From assembly GCA_965208575.1 (NCBI GenBank), contig CBDBOV010000003.1, positions 288,001 to 352,000 on the forward strand: a stretch of DNA of 64,000 nt, given 5' to 3'. The stretch comes from Spirochaetia bacterium. Lineage in GTDB: Bacteria > Spirochaetota > Spirochaetia > SZUA-6 > Bin103. Below are positions 28,185-37,807 of this stretch, one piece after another. Position 1 is the stretch's first letter; each line of letters begins with the position of its first letter. The notes beneath the pieces were generated by a model, which searched no databases, was not told the DNA's origin, and was given only the letters and a program-made list of their open reading frames with translations. The translations under genes and the position numbers were made by a program.

Positions 28185-28523
28185 ATGGAGATCAAGAAGT
28201 GGCACGTTTACCTGGCGGACCTCAATCCTCAGAGGGGAACCGAACCCGGCAAGGTGAGACCGGTGGTCGTGGTACAGACTGACCTGCTCAATGAAGTCCA
28301 TCCCTCCACCGTTGTGTGCCCTGCCACGACTAACGTCCAGCCGCGGGCGCGTTTCCTGCGCGTGCATCTTGCCGTTGGTGAAGGTGGCCTGGCGAAGCCA
28401 TCCGACCTCATGGTCGACCAGATCCGAGCTATCGATAACCGACGTTTTCTCAGAGATCTGGGCATGATTTCTCGCCAAAGCCAGGTGAGATTATCCGCCA
28501 ATCTCAAGGTTCTCTTGGCCTGA
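28185..28523 (+). CDS. PemK/MazF-family endoribonuclease toxin
   Basis: YLADLNPQRGTEPGKVRPVVVVQ..PSDLMVDQIRAIDNRR. Confidence 0.93.
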   Translation: MEIKKWHVYLADLNPQRGTEPGKVRPVVVVQTDLLNEVHPSTVVCPATTNVQPRARFLRVHLAVGEGGLAKPSDLMVDQIRAIDNRRFLRDLGMISRQSQVRLSANLKVLLA

Positions 28524-28551
28524 TGCGGCTCGAAGGGGCCACAATGCACGC

Positions 28552-29892
28552 ATGGCTGCCAACCGCGATCCCATCCTGCTGACCGATACCCAGGTTCAGG
28601 ATTACCTGACCAACGGCTACCTCGTGCTGCACACCGGCCACCCGGTGGTGCTTCACCGGCGCGTGCTGCGGCAGATTGCGAACCTGTACGCGACCGAGGG
28701 CAATCCCGGCAATGATATCCTGCCGCGCGTTCCCGACCTGTACGAGATTCTGCACGACCCGGTGGTCGACGGCGCGCTGCGCAGCCTGCTCGGAGCCGAC
28801 TACCTGGTGCATCCCCACCGCCACTGCCACGAGAACCCCAGCGGCTCGGACGGCCAGGAGATGCACCAGGACAGCTACGAGAACGACCAGAACGTGCGCC
28901 ACCACCGCACCCGGTGGGCGATGGCGTTCTACTACCCGCAGGACGTCCCCCTGGAGCTGGGGCCGACCGCCATTTTGCCGGCCAGCCAATACTACGAGTC
29001 CGGCGACCAGGCTCATCAGCGCGCGGAGCTGCCGCTGTGCGGCGCCGCCGGCACCGTTGCCGTCGTCCACTACGACCTGTGGCATCGGGCCATGGCCAAT
29101 ACCTCAGGCCGGCACCGCTACATGGTCAAATTCCTGTTCACCCGCATGAGCGAGCCGCGGGCGGCCGCCTGGGACCACCGCGCCGCGGCTTTCGATACGG
29201 CAGGCGATGACCCGCCGGCCGCGCTGCGTCGGCGGATGTGGGACTGGATGCGGGCGGCGGAGTGGAGCCCGGCAGCCGCCGGCGGGGCTCTGGAGCGGTG
29301 GGAACAGGCCCTGGAGGAGGGCACGGAGGCCCAGCGGCTGCGCGCCGCCTATGCTCTGGCCAGCCGCGGCGCGGATGCGGTGCCGCACCTGGTGGCGGCG
29401 CTGCGGCGCCAGGCGGCGGCGCTGCGCGAGCGCAACCTGGCGGCCGACCACACCAACCCCAGCCAGCTCGACGCGGTGTTCGGGCTGTCCGCCGTCGGCG
29501 CGCCCGCGGTGCCGGCGGTGGCGGAGCTGCTCGCCGACGAGGCGTGGTGGGTGCGTGCGGCCGCGGCCGACGTGCTCGGCGACATGGGCGAGACCGCAGG
29601 CGAGACCGTGCCGCAGCTTACCGGCGCCTTGGCCGACGAATCGGTCTGGGTACGGCGCAACGCGATCGAGGCGCTTGGCTACCTGGGCCCCGCCGCGGCG
29701 ACCGCCGTTCCCGCGCTCAGCCGCTGCCTGTCCGACGCGGACAGCCGGGTGCGCCACAACGCCGCCCTGACCCTGGCCAAGCTGGGCCGCGCTGCATCCG
29801 CAGCCGTCCCCGCCCTGCGCCGCACCGTGGCGGACGAGGAGCGCTATACCCGCGCAAACGCCGCGGTAGCCCTGGAACGCATCGGCTCCTGA
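28552..29892 (+). CDS. PhyH-family dioxygenase fused to HEAT repeats
   Basis: HQD iron motif, GPTAILPASQ, LWHRA; C-terminal repeats (LLADEAWWVRAAAADVLG, LADESVWVRRNAIEALG). Confidence 0.9.
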   Translation: MAANRDPILLTDTQVQDYLTNGYLVLHTGHPVVLHRRVLRQIANLYATEGNPGNDILPRVPDLYEILHDPVVDGALRSLLGADYLVHPHRHCHENPSGSDGQEMHQDSYENDQNVRHHRTRWAMAFYYPQDVPLELGPTAILPASQYYESGDQAHQRAELPLCGAAGTVAVVHYDLWHRAMANTSGRHRYMVKFLFTRMSEPRAAAWDHRAAAFDTAGDDPPAALRRRMWDWMRAAEWSPAAAGGALERWEQALEEGTEAQRLRAAYALASRGADAVPHLVAALRRQAAALRERNLAADHTNPSQLDAVFGLSAVGAPAVPAVAELLADEAWWVRAAAADVLGDMGETAGETVPQLTGALADESVWVRRNAIEALGYLGPAAATAVPALSRCLSDADSRVRHNAALTLAKLGRAASAAVPALRRTVADEERYTRANAAVALERIGS

Positions 29893-29895
29893 GAG

Positions 29896-31038
29896 CTAAC
29901 GGCGGTAGGGGTCGGCGGCGTCGCGCAGGCCGTCGCCGACAAAGTTGAAGCACAGCACCACGATCACCACGAACAGGCCGGGGATCAGCAGCCAGGGGTG
30001 CAGCGAGATGGTGCGCACGTTCTGCGCCTGCTGCAGCATTACCCCCCAGCTCACCACCGGCGGGCGCAGGCCGATGCCGATGAAGCTGAGCGCGGTCTCG
30101 CCCAGGATCATGTACGGGATGGCCAGCGTCAGGTGGACGATCAGGTAGCTCAGGAAGCCGGGCAGCAGGTGGCGCAGGATGATGGTCATCGGGGTGGAGC
30201 CGCCGATTGCCGCCGCGGTCACGTAGTCCTCGGTACGCAACTGCAGCAGCTTGCCGCGCACCACGCGCGCCAGGCCGGTCCAGCCGATCACGCTCAGAAT
30301 CACCGTGATCATGAAGTAGACGCGCAGCGCCGGCCACTCGATCGGCACCGCGGCCGCCAGCGCCATCCACAGCGGAATGGTGGGCAGCGCCTGCAGGAAC
30401 TCGATGATGCGCTGCACCAGCATGTCGACCGCGCCGCCGAAGAAGCCGGACACGCCGCCGAGCAGGCAGCCGAGCAGGAAGCTGAGCGCCACCCCCACCA
30501 GGCCGATGGAGAGCGATACCCGCGCCCCATGCAGCACCCGCGTCAGCATGTCGCGGCCCAGGCTGTCGGTCCCGAACGGAAACAGCACCGCCCCCTCGTC
30601 GACGCCCAGCAGGTGCAGGCGGGTGGTGAACAACCCGAACAGCCGGTACTCGTAGCCGGTCACCAGAAACCTGACCGGGTACGTCTGGCCGCGGTCTATG
30701 GTGAACACCTTGGCGCGCGTCACCGGGTCGCGGGTCACCTGCAGCCCGTACACGAACGGGGCCCGCAGGCCGTCCTCGTGCACCAGGCGCACCCGGGTGG
30801 GCGGCGCGTACAGGTGTTCAGGGTAGCGCTGGTCGCGCCCCGACACGGCGAGAAAGTCGGCGAACACGGCCATCAGGTAGACCACGGTCAGCACCACGCC
30901 GCCGATCAGCGCCAGCCGGTGGCGCAGGAACTTGCGCCGCATCAGCGTCCAGCTCGATGCCACGAAGTAGCGTTCGTCGAGCTGCTGCGCGCCGGCGGCT
31001 GTTTCCTCTCCGAGGGTACTGCCGTGCCGGGTACTCAC
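29896..31038 (-). CDS. ABC transporter permease (DppC-like)
   Basis: FGTDSLGRDMLTR, RHLLP, ETALSFIGIGL, GDGLRDAADPY. Confidence 0.95.
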   Translation of the reverse strand: MSTRHGSTLGEETAAGAQQLDERYFVASSWTLMRRKFLRHRLALIGGVVLTVVYLMAVFADFLAVSGRDQRYPEHLYAPPTRVRLVHEDGLRAPFVYGLQVTRDPVTRAKVFTIDRGQTYPVRFLVTGYEYRLFGLFTTRLHLLGVDEGAVLFPFGTDSLGRDMLTRVLHGARVSLSIGLVGVALSFLLGCLLGGVSGFFGGAVDMLVQRIIEFLQALPTIPLWMALAAAVPIEWPALRVYFMITVILSVIGWTGLARVVRGKLLQLRTEDYVTAAAIGGSTPMTIILRHLLPGFLSYLIVHLTLAIPYMILGETALSFIGIGLRPPVVSWGVMLQQAQNVRTISLHPWLLIPGLFVVIVVLCFNFVGDGLRDAADPYRR

Positions 31039-31045
31039 GGGCGCC

Positions 31046-32044
31046 TCACGCCTGCGCGCGCACCCCGAAGCGGATGCGCGGATCGACCGTCGCCAGCAGC
31101 AGGTCGGAGATCAGGTTGCCGACCAGGATCAGGGCGCCGAGCAGCATCACGATGGCGCCGGCCAGATACATGTCCTGCGCCTGCAGCGCCACCAGCAGCA
31201 GTGGGCCGATGGTGGGCAGGCTCAGCACGATCGCGACCAGCGTCTCGCCGGAGATGATCGCCGGCAGCAGGTAGCCGACGGTGCTGATGATCGGGTTGAG
31301 CGCCACCCGCACCGGGTACTTGAACAGGATGGCGCCCTCGGCCATGCCCTTGGAGCGGGCGGTGATCACGTACTGCTTGCTCAGTTCGTCGAGCAGCGAG
31401 GCGCGCAGGATGCGGATGATCTCGGCGGTGCCGGCGGTGCCGATCACGGTAAGCGGGATCGGCAGGTGCTTGAGCAGGTCGACCACCTTGCCGAAGCTCC
31501 ACGCCGCCGACATGTACTCGCGCGAGAACAGCCCGCCGGGGCTCCAGCCGAAGTAGGTGAACGCCAGGTACATCAGGATCAGCGCGAGCAGGAAGTTGGG
31601 CGTCGCCAGGCCCAGGAACCCGAACACGGTGGCCACGTAGTCGCCGAACGAGTGCGGGTGGGTGGCAGAGTAGATGCCGATCGGCACCGCGATCAGGTAT
31701 ACCAGGATCAACGTCGATATCGACAGGGTCACCGACAGGGCGAGCCGCTCGCCGATCACCTTGACCACGTCGCGGTTCTGAGAGAACGAATCGCCCATGT
31801 CGCCCTGCAGGAAGTTCCGTGCCCACTTGAAGTACTGGACGTGCAGCGGCTGGTCGAGCCCGTATTGCTCGCGCAGTCCCTCCAGCAACGATTCGGTGAC
31901 CGGTATGCGGCGCGTTTCCAGGGTCGCGATGTAGGTGGTCAGGTAGTCGCCCGGCGGCAACTGGATGATCACGAACACGACGAACGAGAGCAGAATGAGC
32001 AGCGCGATCATGTAGGCGACGCGCCGCAGCAGGTAGCGAGCCAT
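31046..32044 (-). CDS. ABC transporter permease (DppB-like)
   Basis: IQLPPGDY, YGLDQP, TPNFLLAL, QYVITARSKG, DPRIR. Confidence 0.95.
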   Translation of the reverse strand: MARYLLRRVAYMIALLILLSFVVFVIIQLPPGDYLTTYIATLETRRIPVTESLLEGLREQYGLDQPLHVQYFKWARNFLQGDMGDSFSQNRDVVKVIGERLALSVTLSISTLILVYLIAVPIGIYSATHPHSFGDYVATVFGFLGLATPNFLLALILMYLAFTYFGWSPGGLFSREYMSAAWSFGKVVDLLKHLPIPLTVIGTAGTAEIIRILRASLLDELSKQYVITARSKGMAEGAILFKYPVRVALNPIISTVGYLLPAIISGETLVAIVLSLPTIGPLLLVALQAQDMYLAGAIVMLLGALILVGNLISDLLLATVDPRIRFGVRAQA

Positions 32045-32151
32045 CAGCTATGAGCTCTTGTCATGGGGCCCGGCGGTGGGCTTTCGGCATGGCGGGGCGG
32101 CGGCGCGGCCCCGAGAGTCCAGGTTGTCCGCCGCCGCCCACCACAGGTCGT

Positions 32152-34152
32152 TTACTTGAAGTAGAGCTGCTCCGCCTCGATGTTCAGGTCGCCCCACCAG
32201 GCGGCGCTGCCGAAGTAGCCCTTGGGCACGTTGACCAGGTTGGACTTGGCGATTACCAGGTGCGGCTGCCCGCCGACGATGCCCTGCATCAGCAGGTTGT
32301 CGAAGTGGTAGCCATAGATCTTGCGCGTCACCTCGAGGTACTCGGGCGAGCCGAGCACCGTCTGCTGCAGTTGCTCGCCCCACTGGAAGAGCTGCTTGAA
32401 CTCGTCGGGCGGTTCCTCGCCCGGCAGCACGCCGCCCTCGTAGTCGCTGAGGCTGCGCGTGCCTTCCTCCACCTGGATCCAGGCCATCAGCCAATCGCCC
32501 CACAACGGCGCCCAGTGCAGGTCGTGGGAGCCATGCACCCACGCCTCGCGGTCGATCATGTACTGGCGCGCCTCGGAGGGAAAGCCCCAGGTGCCGACGT
32601 TGACCTCCAGCAGGTTGCCATCCCGGCGCTGACCGTGCAGGGCGTTGTCGGACAGCTTGATCTCCGTCAGCAGCCCGACCGCGCGCCAGTACTCCCGGAT
32701 CAGCTCGATCGACTTGCCGGTGGCGCTGTGCTCGCCCTGGATGCGGCCTTCGATGGTGATCGTGAATTGCTCGCCGTTATCGCCGAGGCGCCAGCCGTCG
32801 CCGTCGCGCTGGTCCAGGCCGACCGCGTCGAGCAGCCGGTTGGCCTCATCCACGTCGTAGGCGTCCATCGGGTTGTTGCTCCACTCCGGCGGCGAGAACG
32901 TTGCCCGCGACACCGGGAACACCATCGGCTCGCCGAGCCCGAAGTACACGCTGTCGAGCACCTCGTCCGCGTTGATCGCCAGCGACATCGCCTGCCGGAA
33001 GCGCAGGTCGCGGAAGATGTGTCCCTTCTCCTCGTGGGTCTGGTTGAACGCGAATGCGATCGGGATATGGTTGACCGGCACCTCGCGCAGGTCGTAGCCG
33101 CCGTCGGCCTCGTTCTCCTTGTACAGGGCGTAGTTGTCGCTGGTGGCGTTGACGAAGTCGTAGTCCACCTCACCGGCGATGATCTTGAGCTGGATGGTCT
33201 CCATGTCGGCGATGCCGGCGATGATGCGGTCGAGGTAGGGGAGCTGCTGGCCGAGCTCGTCCACCTTGTAGAAGTAGGGGTTGCGCTCATGCACCTTGGT
33301 GGTGTCGGTGACCTCGATCAGCTTCCACGGCTGCATGGTGGGGCGCGGCTCGTTGTCGTCGATCAGGTGGCGGAAGCCGTTCTGGTATTCCCAGTCGTGG
33401 GCGTTGAAGGCCAGGTTCCAGCTATCGTAGCCGAGCTCCTTGGCCAGGGCGTCGGCCTCCGGGTTGTACTTGATGTGGAACTTCTCCATGTAGTGCTTGG
33501 GCAGGTAGCTGTGCCAGTCGCCGCCGGCCGGCTCGCCCATCTTGGCCAGCATGACCGGGTAGGGCACGTCGGTTTCCAGGCGCACGTTGTAGTCGTCGAT
33601 CTTGATGGCGCGCCGCACCTTGTTCATCCAGAACGCCTGTGTGCCGCTGCCGACCCGCGAGTCGAAGTGCCAGTCTTCGTATGCGAACACGATGTCGTCG
33701 GCGGTGAACGGCGTGCCGTCCGACCACTGCGCACCCTCGCGCAGGGTGATGGTGAGGCTCAGGAAATCGTCCGCGAGATCGAAGCTCTTGGCCAGGTTGG
33801 GCACCACCGTGGTGTCGGCCCGGATGTAGGCCAGGTAGCTGCCGCGCTCGGTCTCTTCCTGCAGCGTGTTCCACGGTTCGGTGCTGTTCACGAACACGTA
33901 GATGGTGTCGCCGTAGGTGCCGACCGAATCGATCGGCTCCATCACCGGCGGCTCGACCGGAAGCCGCTCCGCCACCGGCGGCAGTTCTCCCGCTGCCACC
34001 ATCGCCGCGAGCATCGGCGCTTCCGAGTATTCGCCGCTGACGACTGCGGCCATCGTTGACGACTCGGCGGATCCACTGTCGGACTCACCGCCGGCAAAGG
34101 CGCCTGCACTGACCATCAGGAGTGCAAGCCCCGTGGCAAACAACTTGTACAT
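32152..34152 (-). CDS. ABC transporter substrate-binding protein (SBP_bac_5)
   Basis: Signal peptide AFAGGE, EAPML..GELPPVAERLP, WSDGTPFTADDI, ERNPYFYKVD..QLPYLD; AAGGAG RBS. Confidence 0.95.
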   Translation of the reverse strand: MYKLFATGLALLMVSAGAFAGGESDSGSAESSTMAAVVSGEYSEAPMLAAMVAAGELPPVAERLPVEPPVMEPIDSVGTYGDTIYVFVNSTEPWNTLQEETERGSYLAYIRADTTVVPNLAKSFDLADDFLSLTITLREGAQWSDGTPFTADDIVFAYEDWHFDSRVGSGTQAFWMNKVRRAIKIDDYNVRLETDVPYPVMLAKMGEPAGGDWHSYLPKHYMEKFHIKYNPEADALAKELGYDSWNLAFNAHDWEYQNGFRHLIDDNEPRPTMQPWKLIEVTDTTKVHERNPYFYKVDELGQQLPYLDRIIAGIADMETIQLKIIAGEVDYDFVNATSDNYALYKENEADGGYDLREVPVNHIPIAFAFNQTHEEKGHIFRDLRFRQAMSLAINADEVLDSVYFGLGEPMVFPVSRATFSPPEWSNNPMDAYDVDEANRLLDAVGLDQRDGDGWRLGDNGEQFTITIEGRIQGEHSATGKSIELIREYWRAVGLLTEIKLSDNALHGQRRDGNLLEVNVGTWGFPSEARQYMIDREAWVHGSHDLHWAPLWGDWLMAWIQVEEGTRSLSDYEGGVLPGEEPPDEFKQLFQWGEQLQQTVLGSPEYLEVTRKIYGYHFDNLLMQGIVGGQPHLVIAKSNLVNVPKGYFGSAAWWGDLNIEAEQLYFK

Positions 34153-34321
34153 GGGGTCTCCTTGTAAAGGGGAGCGCGAGACGCTCCCGCCCGAGGTCCG
34201 GTTCATAACGAACGACGAACCCAAAGTTCGCTCGAATATAAACGTGCGCGGCGCGGCCGGTCTACCCGCACCGGGCGTTCGGCGGCGTTCGGCCTGGCGT
34301 TCGGCGGCTTCGGCAGGTCCG

Positions 34322-35188
34322 CTACCAGGCGCGTTCCCGGCGCTGGCTGCTGTGCTGCCACGCGGACGCGATCTGTTCCCAGGTGGCGGCCTGACCCGGA
34401 TCGCACCGGCTGCGCGCCGTGAACGCCATGTCGGCGTGCCACAGGTGGGCCATCGGGGTGCCGACCGGGCTGTAGCGGAAGTCGATCGACCAGCGCACCA
34501 CCTCGGCGCGGTTCACGGTGGAGCGGTGGAACACCAGGTTGTCGAACAGCACGAAGTCGCCGGGGCTCATGGCCACGGTGTCGACCTGCGCGCCCGCGGC
34601 CGGATCGAAGGCGGTGGTGCGGAACGACCCGTCCGAGGTGTCGTGGTCCTGTATGCCCATCTGCTGGCTGCCCGGGATGAACTGCAGGGTGCCGTTTTCC
34701 GCAGTCGTTTCCACCAGCGGCATCCACAACGTGAGCAGCGGGTGGTCGGCGGTGTCCGGCATGTAGCCGCTGTCCTGGTGCCACGGCAGGGTGGTCTCCT
34801 GCTCGTCGGGCAGCTTGGGGCGCACCCAGAAGTCGCCGTTGAACTGGATCTCGGGGCCGATCAGCGCCTGCACCGCGTCCAGGATGGCCGGCTCCACCCA
34901 CAGCTCGAACAGGGCGCGGCTGAACACCCGGCTGTGCCAGCCTACTTGGCCGAAGCGCTGCTTGCCGCCGCACTGACGCCAGACGTGGTGCCAGCGCCGC
35001 TCGAACGGCTGCTCTGCGGCGAGATCCTGGATCTCGCCCGCGCTCAGCATGTTGCGCGACTCGGTGTCCACGATCTGGTCGATCACGGCGGTGATCGCCT
35101 GCAGGCGGGCGGCCGGAATGGTGCCGCGCACCAGCAGATAGCCCTGCCGGGCGAAGGTGTCTCGGTCTGCGGTGGTCAATGCGGGCAC
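34322..35188 (-). CDS. PhyH-family dioxygenase
   Basis: PWHQDSGY, ENGTLQFIPGS, FHRS..N..RWSIDFRY. Confidence 0.92.
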   Translation of the reverse strand: MPALTTADRDTFARQGYLLVRGTIPAARLQAITAVIDQIVDTESRNMLSAGEIQDLAAEQPFERRWHHVWRQCGGKQRFGQVGWHSRVFSRALFELWVEPAILDAVQALIGPEIQFNGDFWVRPKLPDEQETTLPWHQDSGYMPDTADHPLLTLWMPLVETTAENGTLQFIPGSQQMGIQDHDTSDGSFRTTAFDPAAGAQVDTVAMSPGDFVLFDNLVFHRSTVNRAEVVRWSIDFRYSPVGTPMAHLWHADMAFTARSRCDPGQAATWEQIASAWQHSSQRRERAW

Positions 35189-35251
35189 GATGCGGTCTCC
35201 TCGCGGGGTGATGGCAACCGCTAACAGCGCCCGCGCGGTGATGTCAAGCCG

Positions 35252-35980
35252 TCAGGCGGGGTAGATGTCCATCTGGGTGAGGTCGATCGGGCTGCCGAGC
35301 AGCAGGGTGACGAAGCCGCCGTCGTGCACCGGCTCGCCGTCGGCGTCGAGGCCGCCCTCCTCCAGCAGCAGCATGAGCGGGTTGCTGGCCGCCTGCTCGG
35401 TGTGGTAGTCCATGGCCAGTACGGGTACGTTCAGGCGGGCGCGCTCGTCGTGGTAGTCGCCATACAACGGCTGCGGCGTGACGGCGCGGAAGTCGAGCTG
35501 CTTCTCCTCGCCGCCGTCGTGCACCGGCGGAACATCGGGGTGGGTGGCGAGCTGCAGGTCGTAGGGCACGAAGTTGTCGGGGTCGGGCGGCTCCACGAAC
35601 AGCCACTGGTAGCCGTGGTGCAGCAGCATGGCGCGGTTGCCGGGCTGAAAGCCGTCGGGTTGGAAGTAGATGCGCAACTCGACGTGCTCGCCGGTGAGCA
35701 CCGCGGCCAGGACGTAGGTGGTCTCGGCGTCGGTGATGTCGAACAGCAGGTACTCGGCCAGCACGGTGTCGCCGTGGCTGCGGAAGCGGTAGTGGCGCTT
35801 GCCGGTCACCTCGTAGTTGATGCCGCCGGCGGTGACGTTGCCGGCCTGGTCGGCCTCCTGGAGCGCCTGGAAGTCGCGTAGCGCCACCGAACTCTTGACC
35901 GCCAGCAGGCGCCAGAACTCCGGCTGATCCTGGTTGTACTGCGCCGCCGGCTCCTCGCGCCGGCGGCGCTTCCAGAACAT
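35252..35980 (-). CDS. Hypothetical protein (possibly DUF4178/YjfK-like), third gene of the DUF350 cluster
   Basis: 242-aa acidic soluble ORF co-oriented with the DUF350 gene; family call is from context only. Confidence 0.7.
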   Translation of the reverse strand: MFWKRRRREEPAAQYNQDQPEFWRLLAVKSSVALRDFQALQEADQAGNVTAGGINYEVTGKRHYRFRSHGDTVLAEYLLFDITDAETTYVLAAVLTGEHVELRIYFQPDGFQPGNRAMLLHHGYQWLFVEPPDPDNFVPYDLQLATHPDVPPVHDGGEEKQLDFRAVTPQPLYGDYHDERARLNVPVLAMDYHTEQAASNPLMLLLEEGGLDADGEPVHDGGFVTLLLGSPIDLTQMDIYPA

Positions 35981-36002
35981 CTTGACGCGCCTCCGCGCCG
36001 GG

Positions 36003-36734
36003 CTAGTAGCGGCGCGAGCCGGCGCGCATGACGAAGAACACCGCCAGGATGATGGCGATCACCATCAGCCCGGTCCAGAAGCCGGACGGGCGGCCGCCGT
36101 AGTAGGCCCCCGGCGCGGGGCCGTAGTAGTAATGGTTTCTGGACATGAGCACGCCGAGCATGGCGGCGTCGGCCATCGCGCTGTACAGCACCCAGGTGCC
36201 GAGGCCGGGGTGCAGGTAGCCGTAGCCGCCGAGCCCGGCGTTGTAGGTAACGTTGACGTTGCGCCCGTCGACGCGGGTGGTCTGCGGAATGTGCCCCGGC
36301 CGGCTGCTCGGCTGGCTGGCGTAGCGTGACGGATACTGGCTGGCGTTGCGGCTCACGAACGCCTGCTCCGCCTGCTGCCGGCTCTGAAAGGTAGTGCCGT
36401 TGGTGCGCGCGCGCTGGTAGTTGGCCTGGCTCACGCCGCGGGTGTTGGCGCGTGCCGTCGAGCCGCGGGTGCCGGACAACGACTGGCGGGTGGTGGTGCC
36501 GGTGCGCTGCCGCGTCGAGCCCCACGAGCTGACCGAGCGGCGCGACGAGAAGCTGCGTGACGACGAGAAGCTGCGGCTGCTGAACGAGCGCCCGCCGGAG
36601 AACCCGCCGCGGCGGGCGAAGGCGTCGTCGGCGACCATCAGCAGGGTCAGCGCGATCGCCCCGGCGGCGAGGATGCGGCGCCGCGCCAGGGAGCCGCGCA
36701 ACCGGCGGGCGGGCGGGCGTTGCGGCGCGTTCAC
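36003..36734 (-). CDS. Exported Gly/Ser/Arg-rich protein with a C-terminal TM helix
   Basis: GTGA overlap with the DUF350 stop; signal peptide ..AFA-RRGGFSGGRSFSSRSFSS; C-terminal hydrophobic anchor. Confidence 0.75.
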   Translation of the reverse strand: MNAPQRPPARRLRGSLARRRILAAGAIALTLLMVADDAFARRGGFSGGRSFSSRSFSSSRSFSSRRSVSSWGSTRQRTGTTTRQSLSGTRGSTARANTRGVSQANYQRARTNGTTFQSRQQAEQAFVSRNASQYPSRYASQPSSRPGHIPQTTRVDGRNVNVTYNAGLGGYGYLHPGLGTWVLYSAMADAAMLGVLMSRNHYYYGPAPGAYYGGRPSGFWTGLMVIAIILAVFFVMRAGSRRY

Positions 36735-37648
36735 TGCACTTCTCCCGCAACGGCGGCGCCTGCGCCGGCGGCCAGGCCGGGGTTGGCGGCGGTGCTGAAC
36801 AGGATGGCGATGACCAGGAAGGCGGCCGCGGCGATCACCGCCGCCGCGGTGTTCTTGTGCTCGGCGACCTCCTGCGACAGGACGCCGTGCGGCAGGAACA
36901 CCTTGTCGGCGATGACCCGCCCGACCAGCAGCAGCAGCAGGCCGCTGCCGGCAATGACGGCGGTGATCAGCAGTTCGCGGCCCAGGTCGCTGCCGGCGCC
37001 GGTGAGGGCGGTGCGGACGATCAGCCCCTGGGCGACCAGGAACGAGCCGAAGCTGATGCCCACCGCCGGGTTGGCGTCGTCCTCGATGCTCTTGTGCACG
37101 TCGTAGCGGGTGATCGCCTGGAACACGAGGCCGTCGATGATCAGGATCAACTGCCCGGCGGCCCAGTAGATCATCACGTCGCGGATCAGCAGCATCAGGC
37201 TGCCGCTGGTGCCGGACAGCACGCCGGAGAGCATCAGGCCGGTGGCGATGCTCATGCCGCCCACCACGTAGCCGGTGCCGACGTTCTTTTCGTCGCCGAT
37301 CTCGGTGCTCACCTTGAACGTGAACAGCACGAAGCGGTCGTTGATCATCATGCTCATGCGCAGCAGCACGATCGCCATCGCCCCGGTGATCACGATGCCG
37401 GCCAGTTCGCCGAGCAGGTCGCTGGTGGTGCCGAGCAGCGTGGCGGAGATGGCGAACGCGAGTCCGACCAGGTAGCCGCCGAAGCTCACCGCCACGGCGT
37501 TGTTGCGCTCGGTGGTCAGGTGGCGGTCGATGTCGTAGCGCGTGGTGAGGTTGTAGAACAGCTTGCCGAGGAACACCAGCACGATGCCGGCGCCGAAGTA
37601 GGGCAGTTTCTCGACCACGAACTCGAGCGTAGTGGTCAGTGCATCCAT
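36731..37648 (-). CDS. DUF350-domain membrane protein (two repeats)
   Basis: Repeated YDI..L...N.AVAV motifs (ERNNAVAVS, EKNVGTG, DANPAVGIS, HKNTAAAV); AAGGAG RBS. Confidence 0.88.
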   Translation of the reverse strand: MDALTTTLEFVVEKLPYFGAGIVLVFLGKLFYNLTTRYDIDRHLTTERNNAVAVSFGGYLVGLAFAISATLLGTTSDLLGELAGIVITGAMAIVLLRMSMMINDRFVLFTFKVSTEIGDEKNVGTGYVVGGMSIATGLMLSGVLSGTSGSLMLLIRDVMIYWAAGQLILIIDGLVFQAITRYDVHKSIEDDANPAVGISFGSFLVAQGLIVRTALTGAGSDLGRELLITAVIAGSGLLLLLVGRVIADKVFLPHGVLSQEVAEHKNTAAAVIAAAAFLVIAILFSTAANPGLAAGAGAAVAGEVQ

Positions 37649-37807
37649 GGGCCACTCCTTGACGGGCGGCGTGTCGGCACTTCGTCCGGCCGTCCCCGCT
37701 AATATATCGTCCGGCTTTCCCGCGCGCCAATCGCGGCGGGCCGGGGCCTGCCGGGGCCGGCCGCGGCCGGGCCGCGCCGGTGTACGGGCGCTGCGCGGAG
37801 GTGCACA

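Noticed and set aside
11709-28523. Integron cassette array of TA genes
   Set aside because: No tyrosine integrase or recognisable attC sites; the modules are in mixed orientations.
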